A DNA stretch of 63,533 nt, filler included, from Octopus bimaculoides (lineage: Eukaryota): assembly GCF_001194135.2 (NCBI RefSeq). It is 6 parts of 6 records of this genome, joined end to end, with 100 filler letters (N's around TTAATTAATTAA, not from the genome) between each part and the next. Parts side by side here need not be neighbours in the genome. Positions count along the whole stretch, not along the records: positions 1 to 23,449 come from NC_068990.1; positions 23,550 to 40,238 come from NC_068982.1; 4 more parts are not named here. One strand, given 5' to 3'. The notes beneath the pieces were generated by a model. It did no database searches. It worked only from the letters and a program-made list of their open reading frames with translations, and had not been told where the DNA came from. This document shows, one piece after another, positions 13,951-27,999 of this stretch (its first letter is position 1; every line of letters starts with the position of its first letter). A program made the translations under genes and the position numbers.

Positions 13951-14843
13951 ATTCATGACAATAGGAATATTCAAAGAAGTGAGGAAAACAACGACTTGAG
14001 ATTTGGTTGTTAGCTCTGCTTTCTTGGTTTAATGTAGATGAAACATAAGCCTTCTTCTATATAAGATACCTAGTAACACTTCCAAATTATCAGGTATCTA
14101 AATGACAAGCCATGTAGAAAAAAATATTCTATCCAAAAAGCATAACGAAAGATTAGCAGCATATTTGAACTCACAATCCGTCAACATATAGCTCCCTTTC
14201 GTTATCTGCTCGGCCATCTCATACGGAATTTATTAGTTCTTTCACAGACATATTTAGATGTAGTTTCTACGGAGACTTAAGGATATAGTTTTATATTTAA
14301 CTTGAGAAATATATCGGCTTTTTATAACTCGTTCACTGGTTCTGTAAGTGAACAAACTATTCGGCGTGTGGTGGTAGTGGTGGGAGTGGGGAAATAAACT
14401 AATTGAATATTGTGTATCCTTAACGTTTACATCGCATCTAACGAAAGTTATTGATGCAAGCAGAACCTTCCACCCCAATGCTTGTCTATTTTCAGTTTAT
14501 CTGCCCATCTTTTTCTCTCACACATATTTCCCCCACGTTACTCACTCTCAATGCTCATTTCTCTCTCTTTTAAAGATATCTATACCTTCTCTTATCCCAT
14601 TATTTCTCTCGCTGTCTCCATTTCACAGTGTTTCTATTAACTCTCGATTTACTTACTCTTTCTCTCATTATCCCACTCGCCCTTGTCATTTACACGTATT
14701 CTCTTTCTCTCTCTCTTTCTCTCCAACACTCTCTTTCTAAGTCTTTCTTTGTTACCCTGTGCCTCTCGTTACCTTTGTGCCTCTCCTTCATTCAAATGTT
14801 TTTCAATGTCTCTCTTTTTTCACCTTTTTTTCTGATCTCTTTG

Positions 14844-14894
<51 letters not shown>

Positions 14895-16140
14895 NNNNNN
14901 NNNNNNNNNNNNNNNNNNNNNNNNNNNNNNNNNNNNNNNNNNNNNNNNNNNNNNNNNNNNNNNNNNNNNNNNNNNNNNNNNNNNNNNNNNNNNNNNNNNN
15001 NNNNNNNNNNNNNNNNNNNNNNNNNNNNNNNNNNNNNNNNNNNNNNNNNNNNNNNNNNNNNNNNNNNNNNNNNNNNNNNNNNNNNNNNNNNNNNNNNNNN
15101 NNNNNNNNNNNNNNNNNNNNNNNNNNNNNNNNNNNNNNNNNNNNNNNNNNNNNNNNNNNNNNNNNNNNNNNNNNNNNNNNNNNNNNNNNNNNNNNNNNNN
15201 NNNNNNNNNNNNNNNNNNNNNNNNNNNNNNNNNNNNNNNNNNNNNNNNNNNNNNNNNNNNNNNNNNNNNNNNNNNNNNNNNNNNNNNNNNNNNNNNNNNN
15301 NNNNNNNNNNNNNNNNNNNNNNNNNNNNNNNNNNNNNNNNNNNNNNNNNNNNNNNNNNNNNNNNNNNNNNNNNNNNNNNNNNNNNNNNNNNNNNNNNNNN
15401 NNNNNNNNNNNNNNNNNNNNNNNNNNNNNNNNNNNNNNNNNNNNNNNNNNNNNNNNNNNNNNNNNNNNNNNNNNNNNNNNNNNNNNNNNNNNNNNNNNNN
15501 NNNNNNNNNNNNNNNNNNNNNNNNNNNNNNNNNNNNNNNNNNNNNNNNNNNNNNNNNNNNNNNNNNNNNNNNNNNNNNNACACACACACACACACACACA
15601 CACAGAGTCTTCTTCCTCTTCCTGTCTTTATTTCTTTAATTTGATATTTTCTCCCCCTTGGTGTTACCTCAAGGAAGTTTGTAAATCTTAGCAAAAGAAA
15701 AAAGAAAGAAAGAAAGAAAGCAGGAAAGAAAGAAAGAAATGAAAGAAAGAAGTAAAAGAAGAGAAAAAGAAGAGCAAAAGAAGACACTATATCACCTAAA
15801 CAAAATAGCAGACATATTTCTGTTTGAAATCACAATTGTTAAACAATGCTTGTTCAATCAAATTTTTTTCCTTCTTATTTTTTTCTGTTTTTTGATTTTA
15901 GGTTATATTTTACCTCGAAAATAAAATCGATGTAATTTAGCCGTGTTGTCGTCTGCAACTTTTGTAGCCAAGCAACATGGCGGAAATAATATATTACCGA
16001 TTGACTTTAGAGAAATGGTGGTTGTATTTAACATAGCTAATAAATACACTTATACATACATACATACATACATACATATGTGAATATGTGTATATACGTA
16101 TGAATGTGATATGTATATATATATAAATATAAATAAATAC

Positions 16141-16193
<53 letters not shown>

Positions 16194-17129
16194 AATGCAC
16201 AATATATATATATAAATACACCATATNNNNNNNNNNNNNNNNNNNNNNNNNNNNNNNNNNNNNNNNNNNNNNNNNNNNNNNNNNNNNNNNNNNNNNNNNN
16301 NNNNNNNNNNNNNNNNNNNNNNNNNNNNNNNNNNNNNNNNNNNNNNNNNNNNNNNNNNNNNNNNNNNNNNNNNNNNNNNNNNNNNNNNNNNNNNNNNNNN
16401 NNNNNNNNNNNNNNNNNNNNNNNNNNNNNNNNNNNNNNNNNNNNNNNNNNNNNNNNNNNNNNNNNNNNNNNNNNNNNNNNNNNNNNNNNNNNNNNNNNNN
16501 NNNNNNNNNNNNNNNNNNNNNNNNNNNNNNNNNNNNNNNNNNNNNNNNNNNNNNNNNNNNNNNNNNNNNNNNNNNNNNNNNNNNNNNNNNNNNNNNNNNN
16601 NNNNNNNNNNNNNNNNNNNNNNNNNNNNNNNNNNNNNNNNNNNNNNNNNNNNNNNNNNNNNNNNNNNNNNNNNNNNNNNNNNNNNNNNNNNNNNNNNNNN
16701 NNNNNNNNNNNNNNNNNNNNNNNNNNNNNNNNNNNNNNNNNNNNNNNNNNNNNNNNNNNNNNNNNNNNNNNNNNNNNNNNNNNNNNNNNNNNNNNNNNNN
16801 NNNNNNNNTATATATATATATACACATATGTAGAAGGTTGAAAAGGGACACACGAGTTGATATATATAAAGAAAATAAGACAAGGTTGGAAATGATAAAA
16901 TGATTTTAGCATGAAGAACATTTTAGTACCGGTTTCAGTCATTGCAACTTTTTCAACTTAGAGTAAAGAATGAAAAACAATGTGGAAAATTTAAATGAAA
17001 TGTTTTTTAAAAATATCTCCATAGTTCTCAAATGCAAGAGACATTTTCCTTTTTTCTGTCTGTCTCTGTCCCTCTTTTTTACTCTTGTGGGTTCTAGGTA
17101 GTTAGCAGCAGCTAGTTTGATATATGCTT

Positions 17130-17740
17130 TCAACGTGCCCTACAACTCAATATCCACGAACTCAGACATCCCAAATTACAGAAGGATTTACAACCAAAAG
17201 TCCTCCCATACATCTCCACACAAAACCCTCTTAACAATGAAGCCTTCGACACCATCCTCCAAAACATTCGCCGACTAAAAGAGGGACCATAGAATGAATT
17301 TAATCCTCCAAACACACACTATCATAAAGAGCAGAAGACAGCCAAAATCTATGAGAAGTCTCCTAACACAAGCCCGAATACGCTCAGCAGCAACACTGAA
17401 ACCGTCAGTACAAAAAAATGCGAAAGACCTAACTGCGGTATATGCGTCAACCTAACTGAGGGATCAGAGTTCTCTTTCAAAGAGGGTCAACGTTTCACAG
17501 TGAAAAGCAACTTCACATGTGCTTCGGAAAACCTGATATATGTATTAATCTGCTCTATGTGTCGGGAGGAATACATAGGCCAAACCAAAAGCCAAATTCC
17601 GAAAAACAGAAAAATAGCATTCACCGAACACATCGACATTTGCGCCAATAACAAACAACCCAGCTTCAGAATTTTTCCCCTCTATCTATTCAGGGACGAT
17701 ACAACCTGCAGTCAGAGCATTAGTAAAGAGTCATCCTTTA
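17130..17740 (+). mobile_element. Penelope-like element GIY-YIG endonuclease fragment
   Basis: CERPNCGIC...FTVKSNFTCASENLIYVLICSMCREEYIGQT: CCHH-type linker plus xIY-YIG motif. Confidence 0.85.
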
Positions 17741-19810
17741 TNNNNNNNNNNNNNNNNNNNNNNNNNNNNNNNNNNNNNNNNNNNNNNNNNNNNNNNNNNN
17801 NNNNNNNNNNNNNNNNNNNNNNNNNNNNNNNNNNNNNNNNNNNNNNNNNNNNNNNNNNNNNNNNNNNNNNNNNNNNNNNNNNNNNNNNNNNNNNNNNNNN
17901 NNNNNNNNNNNNNNNNNNNNNNNNNNNNNNNNNNNNNNNNNNNNNNNNNNNNNNNNNNNNNNNNNNNNNNNNNNNNNNNNNNNNNNNNNNNNNNNNNNTC
18001 TTCTTCTTCTTCTTCTTCTTCTTCTTCTTCTTCTTCTTCTTCTTCTTCTTCTTCTTCTTCTTCTTCTTCTTCTTCTCCTCCGCCTCCTTTCTCTACTACT
18101 ACTGCTGCTTAAACAATCAAAGACAAGAATTCATATCAAACTAGCTGCTGCTAACTACCTATATATATATATATAATCTTGTGAAAACACCAACAATTAA
18201 AATGTTGTTGATTTGGCTCTTAATGTTTGCAAGGAAGATTGTTGTTAAAAGTAATAAAGAGACTCGTGATTTGGGAAATTCATTTAAAAAATTATGCGAA
18301 ATGTCAGAATAGTTTTACTTTTGTTGAAATTATCATAATTACTGCTAAAAGGATGACCTTTTCCACTGTAGGTACACGGCCTGAATTTTGGAAGTGGGGG
18401 TTGTTAGTTGATTACATTGGCCCTAGTGTACATCTGGTATTTAGTTTATTGAGCCCCGAAAGGATGAAATGTAAAGTCAACCTCAGTGGCTTTTGAACTC
18501 CGAACGCCAAGCCGGAAGAAATGTCGTAAAGCATTTTGTCGAACGCGCTAACTATTCTGCCAGCTCACCGCTCTATTTAAAATGAGATAATGAGATAATG
18601 AGATAAGAAATTTGAAAATGGGACGATTGGTAAACTCCGCAAATTTTACGAAAATCCTATAAAAATAAGATCTGACAACCCACTTCGATTCAACCACGTC
18701 CAATTTAGTTTATTCAGGTTGCTGAATCGGTATATATAAAACAGGTAAAAAAAATTCTGACCAGAACCTTTTTCATTGTCCGTTTTGTTCAAGTTCTTCA
18801 GGGTTCTAAAGTGCGTTTATTCCAGATTCAAGAATGGCTCCAGGTTACCTCCAAAATCTGTATCACATTGCTCCTGTTGTTATGTAAACCATTGCAAATT
18901 CTTCACATTACCTTTTTTCTGTTTCTACAGTTGTCCAAGATGGCAGCCGTTGCTTCACATTCAGAAATATTGATTTTATTTTGATGTCCAAACCTTTTGA
19001 ATCAACACTCCCTTCACTTTCCTTTTCCTAATACTACTACTACGGCCTCTGCTTCTCGTCTCTGGTTACTTTCTGTTATTTTCTTTCAAGCACATCCGAC
19101 TCTTTCATCTCTATTCATTTCGTCAAAGCACCGCCCTAAAAACTTCATCCAATCGCATCTTCCAACAAACTCAACCCTCAGTGCCTTTGTTTTTCATTCA
19201 ACCTTGAATTTGAAACATCAACCGTGTCGATCTTAGCAGGGTGTAGCGGATTCGAAACCGAATCGCTGGATAACCGAGTAAACATTACGGCTAAGCCACT
19301 TTCGTTTCCCGTGATCGGCCAGTTAGCCAACCAAACAGTCTCAAACCATCTCATAATCCGACTTTCTAAAACTTTCTCATTGAGCCCTGTAGAAAGATGA
19401 TGTTTTTGACGGCAGCTCCAGAAGGTGAGGCAGCCGATCAACGTCTCCATTAAAAGACTGAGATTTTGTCGTCATAAATATAGCACAATTACGTTCCAGC
19501 CATGATGGGGCCAGTCACAGATTGCTATAAACCACTTCAATTGTCGTAGATCCCAGTATGCATGTCTCTCTCTCTCTCTCGGTGGGTAATTGTCGCTGTA
19601 AGTTTTCATCCAAAGACCAACACAGAAATAAAAAAAACATGTGCAGTAGATAAAGTAAATAAAGCTTCTGTTAATTGTTTGTGAGTGTTGGTAATTACTT
19701 CTAGAAAGACATTTTCATTCTCTACAACATCAGGCACACAAACCACAACCTCACGACAGGGGACACCTTCGACGGCCGAGTCCAGAGCACAGAAGGATCT
19801 GAACTCAGAA

Positions 19811-19890
<80 letters not shown>

Positions 19891-20303
19891 TAAGCAAAAA
19901 TATAGAACTGTAAGAACTACCAGGAGGTATTCCAATAAATGATATCATCAATCTATCACAGCTGATCTGTACTTTATTTATCGATCCCGGAAGATGAACG
20001 ACGGAACTTGGATTTGGTCCGATTTGAACCCAGACTCCCAGAACTCGTAATAAATACGATAATTCGTCGCTTAATAATATTTATAGATGCAGGTACGTGC
20101 GCACATACATACACATGCACAACACATATGCACGCGCGCGAACGCGCTCACACACACACACACACATACACACACACACACACTCCCACACTAACACATA
20201 TTCCTTTATACAAGCGTATATAAATACATACATACACAATACACATACATATATTCACAAAGACATCTGCATATATGTGTATGTATGTATGTATGTATGT
20301 ATG

Positions 20304-20342
<39 letters not shown>

Positions 20343-20606
20343 GCATACATACATGTGTACATACATATACATACACAGGTGGATATATACTTACACAGAT
20401 GCACACATTTACACATACACATATTCAATCAGATATACATATACACACACATATAGAGAAATATGTACTCACACCTACATATATTGTCTTTCCTATACGT
20501 AATTGGTTGTAATTGCTGCTCAAGTGTTGTCTGCCAACAAACTGACCAATGATATTTCTTTTTTCCTTCTTTTCTTTTCACAGCAGAATCTCCACCAACC
20601 TAATTC

Positions 20607-20666
<60 letters not shown>

Positions 20667-20886
20667 TAATAATTCTAACAACATCGATGTGCTTTTTTAT
20701 TCTTTATTTTTGGATAGTGATAACTTACTTCCTCCTCTCCACCATCCCCGTTTCTCTCTTTCTCGTTCTCTCTCTTTCTCGTTCTCTCTCTTTCTCGTTC
20801 TCTCTCTTTCTCGTTCTCTCTCTTTCTCGTTCTCTCTCTTTCTCGTTCTCTCTCTTTCTCTCTCTTTCTCTCTCTTTCTCTCTCTC

Positions 20887-20923
<37 letters not shown>

Positions 20924-21324
20924 CTCTCTCTCTCTCTGTCTCGTTATCACCGCTTTCATTACATTCTCACTCCTAGAACCATCTGTCTCAAACATTTATC
21001 GATTCAATGACATAGCTTACACACACATGATTTGACCTTTTCAGATGCAGACAGAATTGGTTTCTGAAATGTCTGCGGGTCAAAGGTCAAGAAAATTTCG
21101 CTTCTGTGATAAAAAAAAAAGGTGTATACTTATAGGGACGGGGTGGGAACAATAAAATAGATGCTGGTATTCACCATTTCTTTCTAAATAGGAATCAAAT
21201 TCTGTTCTGTACTTTCCGTCCTGAATCACCAGTTCCATAGCTTTTCTTTCCGAACCCAGGACAGGCTCAAAGATTTTAGGGAGTCATTAGGACTTGGGTA
21301 GCGATACAAAACTTATCTAATCGC

Positions 21325-21482
21325 AGACATTGCTGTGTGGTAAGACGTTTGCTTCCCAACCTCATGGTTCCGGGTTCTGTCCCACTGCATGGTACCTTCG
21401 GCGAGTGTTTTCTACTATAGCTTCGGGTCGACCAAAGCCTTGTGAACGGATTTGGTAGACGGAAACTGAAGAAGTCCGTCGT
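21325..21482 (+). mobile_element. tRNA-derived SINE, family B (5' part)
   Basis: gctgtgtggtaag (A box) ... ggttctgtccc (B box) ... ggtagacggaaactgaagaagtccgtcgta. Same family as 26540-26760. Confidence 0.8.
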
Positions 21483-22642
21483 ACACACACACACACACAC
21501 ACACATAATTTTAATCGTTCTCAGTCAAAAGACGCCGGTTGTTATTTCTTGTTGTATTCGTAATTATGTACCATGTTCTCCTTTTTTTTGTTTGTTTTTT
21601 TTTTGTCTTTGTTGCCATACACATTCGCTAGCTTTCTTACAAAGGGGTCTAATACTCTAAGCTTGGACTTTTTGGGAGGGCAACCAGATCGAATCATCTC
21701 AAGTGTAGCTGTCCGAAATGGTCGTGACTTCTGGTACTTGACTGATGAAAGAAAGCCAAGAATGACCCGTCTTTTTTTGTCTGTCCTGAAAATTGCTTCT
21801 CTTGTCCGCCTTTGTTTCGTCTAACTGTCCGAACGTTTTAATGCCCTCTATTGCATTTTTGTTCCATTCTGCTCTCTACGTTCTGTGCTCAAATGGCACC
21901 GATGTCGATTTGGCCTTTCATTTTTTCGGGATCGACAAAATAAGTACCCGTAAGTGCAAGTGGAGGAGGGGAGGGGCGATATATCCGACTTGCTCCCATC
22001 TCCTCAAAAATTCTGGCCCTGTGCCAATATTATGAAGAATTATTAAAGCGAAGATACATTCGTGCGAAAACTTTTGAACACGTCGTGGGTCACCGAATGG
22101 AAAGCATTTAATAAACAGGGTGTGAACATTATAACAGCTGGTGGTTATCTGTTTCTCTTTGCTATATATGCCTTTTCTAAATAAAGTTTTTCTATATATA
22201 CCTCGGCAGTAAATTAAATTTATTCCCTTCTATCAGTAATTTTCAATATACAAATATTTCGTTGCGTATAACTGTATAAACCTTTAGTCTTGCCTTTTCT
22301 CTCCTGGCACTCTTTTATATTTGGGCATAAATCATTTCGAAAATATCGTTTTGGAAATCTGCAGAAAATTCTAGTAAAGAAATATTAACCAAACGACAGG
22401 ATATGATGTAACTTGGTTTCATTTCATCTTCTGTTCTGTCCGTATGGTTGGCCAATATCTATATATTTCAGAGATCTGTCTCTTTGAGGCTTTCTGGGAA
22501 TGTATAAGTGATTTCCGTCGACAGCGTTTTATAGCAGCAGAGTTTGATGTTTCCTGCTGCACACGGTCGGCCAAGCGTCCAGTCTTGGTGTTGGCAACCA
22601 GCAACACCAACACCAAAAACAGCGACAAAAATAAGTGTAATA

Positions 22643-22688
<46 letters not shown>

Positions 22689-23449
22689 GCTACTTTTTCC
22701 TTTAGTAGCGGTTAAATTCCCCTCCTTTCCATTTTCTGGTCTCAGGGATACGCTTATATTTACCTTGTTTTTTTTGAAAGCTGAGAATAATCGTAATAAT
22801 CCATTTTACAATAGGCACAAGGCGTGTCATTTGAGGGGAGGGGGATAGTCGATAACATCGACCCCAGTACTTGACTGGTATTCAATTTATCAACTCCGAA
22901 AGGATGAAAGGCAAAATCGACCTCGGCGGAATTTGAAATCAGAACGTAGAGACGGACGAAATACCGCTAAGCATTTCGTCCGGCGTGCTAACGAATCTGT
23001 CAGCTTGCCGCCTGTATAATAATAATAATGGTTTCAAATGTTTCCACAAGGGCAGCAGTTTTAGGGGAGGGGATGAGTCGATTACATTGGCACCAGTATG
23101 CAACTGGTACTTATTTTATCAACTCAGAAAAGATGAAAGCAAAGTCGACCTCGGCGGAATTTGAACTCAGAACGTAGCGGCAGTTTCATACATTACTTTT
23201 AAGTCATATTTATTAAGCACTAGCAGAAATACCCGGCGTTGCCCGGGTTAAAGAGAATAATGAAATCTAAAAACGCCGTCTAGACTACGCATCATCTTTA
23301 TATATAGAGATGTATATACACACACGCACCCAAACACACGTATATATATGTATATCGATATAAATATATGAAAGTCAATGAAGTTTCGTAAAAGAACGTG
23401 ATTATGTACATACTTTCTTGCTGTTGTGATTATAACACCTCATTGTAAA

Positions 23450-23549
23450 NNNNNNNNNNNNNNNNNNNNNNNNNNNNNNNNNNNNNNNNNNNNTTAATTA
23501 ATTAANNNNNNNNNNNNNNNNNNNNNNNNNNNNNNNNNNNNNNNNNNNN
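23450..23549. other. Artificial assembly linker (44 N + TTAATTAATTAA + 44 N); identical linkers at 40239-40338, 54226-54325, 58981-59080, 62231-62330
   Basis: Five identical 100-nt spacers. The palindromic 12-mer puts TAA in all six frames. Confidence 0.95.
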
Positions 23550-23590
<41 letters not shown>

Positions 23591-25136
23591 CATACTTACA
23601 TACATATACATATATGTGTTAAATCTCTCAGTGAGAGATATACAGTAACAATAGCGAATAGTAAAGTTTATTTGCCAACAGAATGTGGTGGTCCTATAAA
23701 GGACGATGTTACTGTTGTTTAAGCCCCAGGAAAACATCTTTTCCAGCTGGCTATCGACACACAGTATGTGTCCATGTAGTGTTTGCAAGGGAGGTCATCA
23801 CTCCCATCCCAGCCTTAGGTGATACTCACAGACCATGGTTTCTGGGTGGTTACAGTCATCAGTGTGAGACCAATCACTGGCTGTTGATGAAAGCTTTCTC
23901 CACTCGCAAACACTATATATTCTTTAAGCAGCACACAGTTGCTGATCTCGTATAGAGAAAAACAACCTGTGTTAAATTTCTCAGCAAGAGACATACAGTA
24001 GCAGTACTGAAGAGTAAAGTTTATTTGCCAATAGAATGTGGCAGTCCTATAAAAGATGATGCTACCATTGTTTAAGCTCATCATATATACATACATATAT
24101 ATNNNNNNNNNNNNNNNNNNNNNNNNNNNNNNNNNNNNNNNNNNNNNNNNNNNNNNNNNNNNNNNNNNNNNNNNNNNNNNNNNNNNNNNNNNNNNNNNNN
24201 NNNNNNNNNNNNNNNNNNNNNNNNNNNNNNNNNNNNNNNNNNNNNNNNNNNNNNNNNNNNNNNNNNNNNNNNNNNNNNNNNNNNNNNNNNNNNNNNNNNN
24301 NNNNNNNNNNNNNNNNNNNNATATATATATATATATATATACACATATATATATATATGTATATATATATGATGAGCTTCTTTCACTTCCTGGCTACTTG
24401 AATCCAAGTTACAAGGCTTTATTTGGTTCAGGGCTATAGTAGAAGATATTTGTGTTAGTTAATGAAAAAATATTGTGGAAGTCACTGAATCCTTTGTCAC
24501 TCCCAGACATGGAAATCCAGATTGTAGTCCCCACCATATTCAGTTTGCTAAGAATTTATTGACATATATTTTCTTCATTTTGATCCTAACATTACATTTA
24601 TCATCTTGCTGATCAGTGACAACATTTTGGTTATTTCACATGTCGCCTGCTCAGTATTCTCCAGAAAACTTTGGGAATGTATAGAGATTAGTTTATTTTA
24701 TACCTTGCTTGGAAGTTCTAAGCATTCTACATAATACCTAAGGGCTCTATACCATATCTGAGTTTCCCAGATTGGTCATGCTGTGAAAGTACACTGCAAG
24801 CAACTAACAGTGCTTTTTATAACTCAAAATTAAACAATAAACCAACACAAGTTTCAAGGCCACACTCCTCAGCTCCCAGCTACTGAAGTTACTAAAAGTA
24901 AATCCTCTTATGAACAATTAGTCTTGTCGGTCAGACTTACACTATGTAAATAATGTTACATTAATAATAGTTTGTTTACATTTTCCATTGGGAAATTTAC
25001 ACTTTGCAAGATCAGTAGCTGAGAACTGAAGTGAGCGGCCTTGACAAGCCTTAAGATAGTTGAAACATGTGCTGGTCGGTTCTTCAACTCCTAAATACCA
25101 AATATATTACAAGTACTGTTACCATCAACATTAATA

Positions 25137-25270
25137 GAGTAGCGTAGCCAAGGGTGGCTCTTGAATCTGCACCCCACAAGCCTATACAAGCTCATACAGT
25201 AGACCCCCAAAAGTGGCACTCCTATAAAAGCATCACCCAGATTGCCCCTAGTTCGCTAGCTATGCTACTC
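25137..25270. mobile_element. Small MITE-like element with 12-bp terminal inverted repeats
   Basis: gagtagcgtagc ... gctatgctactc (one mismatch). Target duplication not clear. Confidence 0.4.
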
Positions 25271-25369
25271 ATCAACACCAAGGCCAACATTTCACAGCTG
25301 GTGTTGATGATAATGATAATATAGATGATGATGATAATTAAAAAATTTTCTAAAATAAGCTCAAGGTTA

Positions 25370-27000
25370 TAAATTTAGGATGAAGGGTGGTGTTTAGTTT
25401 ATTACATTAACCCCCTACTTAACTTGTACTTTATTCTATTGTTCCTGATAAAAATGAAAGGCAAAATTGACCTTGATAGGATTTGAACTCAAATCATGAA
25501 GGGCTGGAACAAATACCTGAAGGCATTTTTCCTAATACTCTCATAATTCTGCCAATCCACTATCCTGATGATGATAATAATGGTTTCAAATTTTGGCACA
25601 AGGCCAGAAACTTCAGTAGTAAGTTGATTACACTAACCCCAGTGTTCAACTGGTAATTATTTTATTGACCTTGAAAGGATGAAATGCAAAGGTGACCTTG
25701 GCAGAATTTGAACTCAGAATGTACAAATGAATGAACAACCACTAAACATTTTGACCAGCATGCTAACAATTCTGCCAGCTCACTAGCTTATTCATGAAAA
25801 TGGATGAAATGCTGCTAAGCATTTGACCCAGTATGCCAATGATTCTGCCAGCTTGCTGCCTTATAATGATGCTAATAAACCTTTCTACTACAGGCGCAAA
25901 GCCTGAAATTTGGTGGAAGGGGTTAAATGATTACATCAACCCCAGTACTCAACTGGTACTTATTTTATTGACCCCCAAAAGGATAACAGGCAAAGTCAAC
26001 CCTGCATTTGAACTCAGAATGTATTGTCAGATGAAATACTGCTAAGCATTTCACTGGTGTGCTAATGATTCTACCAGCTCACCGCTTTTAATTTCAAATT
26101 TTGGCACAAGGCCGGAAATCTTTGGGAAGTGGGTAAGTCAATCACATCGACCCCAGTGTTCAGCTGGTACTTGTTTCATCAACCTCTGAAAGGGAGGAAA
26201 GGCAAAAGTTGACCATGACAAAATTTTAACTCAGAGCATGAAGACAGACAAAATGCTGTTAACCATTTTGCGTGGTGTGCAAGCACTCTTCCAGCTCACC
26301 ACCTTTATACTCATCTACTCTTTTACTCTTTTACTTGTTTCAGTCATTTGACTGTGGCCATGCTGGAACACCGCCTTTAGTCGAGCAAATCGACCCCAGG
26401 ACTTATTCTTTGTAAGCCTAGTACTTATTCTTTCGGTCTCTTTTGCCGAACCGCTAAGTTACGGGGACGTAAACACACCAGCATCGGTTGTCAAGCAATG
26501 TTGGAGGGACAAACACACACACATATACATATACATATATACGATGGGATTCTTTCAGTTTCCCTCTACCAAATCCACTCACAAGGCTTTGGTCGGCCCG
26601 AGGCTATAGTAGAAAATACTTGCCCAAGGTGCCACGCAGTGGGANNNNNNNNNNAGGCTATAGTAGAAAATACTTGCCCAAGGTGCCACGCAGTGGGAAT
26701 GAACCCAGAACCATGTGGTTGGTAAGCAAGCTACTTACCACACAACCACTCCGGCACCTATAATGATGATGATGATAATAACCCTTTCTATTATAGGCAC
26801 AAAGCCTGAAGTTTTGGGTGAGATGACTAGTCAATTACATCGATCCCAAAATTTCACTGGTACTTAATTTATCGACCCTGAATGATGAAAGGCAAAGTCA
26901 ACCGCAGCAGAATTTGAACTCAGAACATAGCAATGGGCAAAATACCACTAAGTATTTTGTCCAGCATGCTAACGACTCTGCCAGCTCACTGCCTTTATAA
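25370..27000 (-). mobile_element. Head-to-tail cluster of family A SINEs with one nested full-length family B SINE (26316-26760)
   Basis: Copies at ~25370-25565, 25590-25790, 25880-26088, 26100-26305 and 26790-26995, mostly separated by short AAT/GAT runs. A similar three-copy array lies at 35770-36460. Confidence 0.85.
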
Positions 27001-27100
27001 TGATGATAATAATGAGATATGAATGAAGATGATGATGAGGAGGAGGAAGAGTAAGAAGAACTTAGTAGATTGAATCATCATTTTCTTGTTTTTTTTTTAG

Positions 27101-27292
27101 GTATTTATGGTTTTGTGTCCAGTCACTATGGGACTTTTGGGCATTGTCCTCATCTACGGCCATGCTGTAGTCCCAACAGCTGAAAAAACCTTTAGTTATA
27201 TGTTCTTGGGATACTTTGACATCTCGAAAACTGAGGATGAAGTGAAGAATGAAGTTGGTCAAGCCATTAAAAATCATCTTGGAGATCCAAAG
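27101..27292 (+). CDS. SLC6: Divergent SLC6 (SNF/NSS) transporter, exon encoding TM5-EL3
   Basis: tttttttag|GTA...AAG|gtaagt, 192 nt, phase 0-0. VFMVLCPVTMGLLGIVLIYGHAVVPTAEKTFSYMFLGYFDISKTEDEVKNEVGQAIKNHLGDPK aligns to the SLC6 VVYFTATFPY...LPGA...L.DP exon with a ~19-aa insertion. Confidence 0.85.
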
Positions 27293-27999
27293 GTAAGTAA
27301 TTATATTTTTAAATTGTTTTCCTAAGTATGAATTTTTTTTTTTTTTTTTACCAAAATTTGCTTTTAACAATTTAGAAAATCTTTTTTATGCTTTTATAAC
27401 CTAGAATTTCACGGCTGGTCAAATTGATAAAATATATTTCCATTGACCATATGCCCTTTCACCAATGACCATGTGCTTTTCCCTACTTGGTGGTCACTGC
27501 ATCACCTATATCCCTATATTATTTACCTCTAATCCTCTGTTGCTTGCCTAACACTTTTGCAACCTTACCTTTTGTCCCTCAGCCCCTATCTCCCTCACCT
27601 GTTCCTCTATCCCAATTGCCTTCACATTCATCAACTCATCCTTTGAAGGTATGTCCTAACACCTCATCATCATCATCATCTTCTCTCCTTTCCTAGCTGG
27701 GACATCCCTGTATCTCCTCCACAGCAAGACATCTGTTCCTTTTCCTCTGTCATACCCTTACCTAACAAACCTGGCATTAAGCCATCTCCTTTGATATCCA
27801 CCCCAAATTCAATCAAGGAGTTTTGTTTTGCAAGATATTTGGCAACCTCAAGAGTGTTAGTAAACTATGTGTTATGATCAGCATAAGGATGAGCATTCAA
27901 TTTCAGAAATCATGCTAAGAAAGACATTGGTGCCACCGGCACGAGGGTCACAACAACAATTTCCATTTGATTTTAATTTGATTTGATTTGATTTTGATG

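Noticed and set aside
22419-22640. Short ORFs on both strands in a non-repeat patch
   Set aside because: No domain similarity or consistent splice structure.
24600-24700. Possible SLC6 EL2/TM4 exon (..SPAQYSPENFGN..)
   Set aside because: Wrong length and phase, no matching donor, and only superficial similarity.
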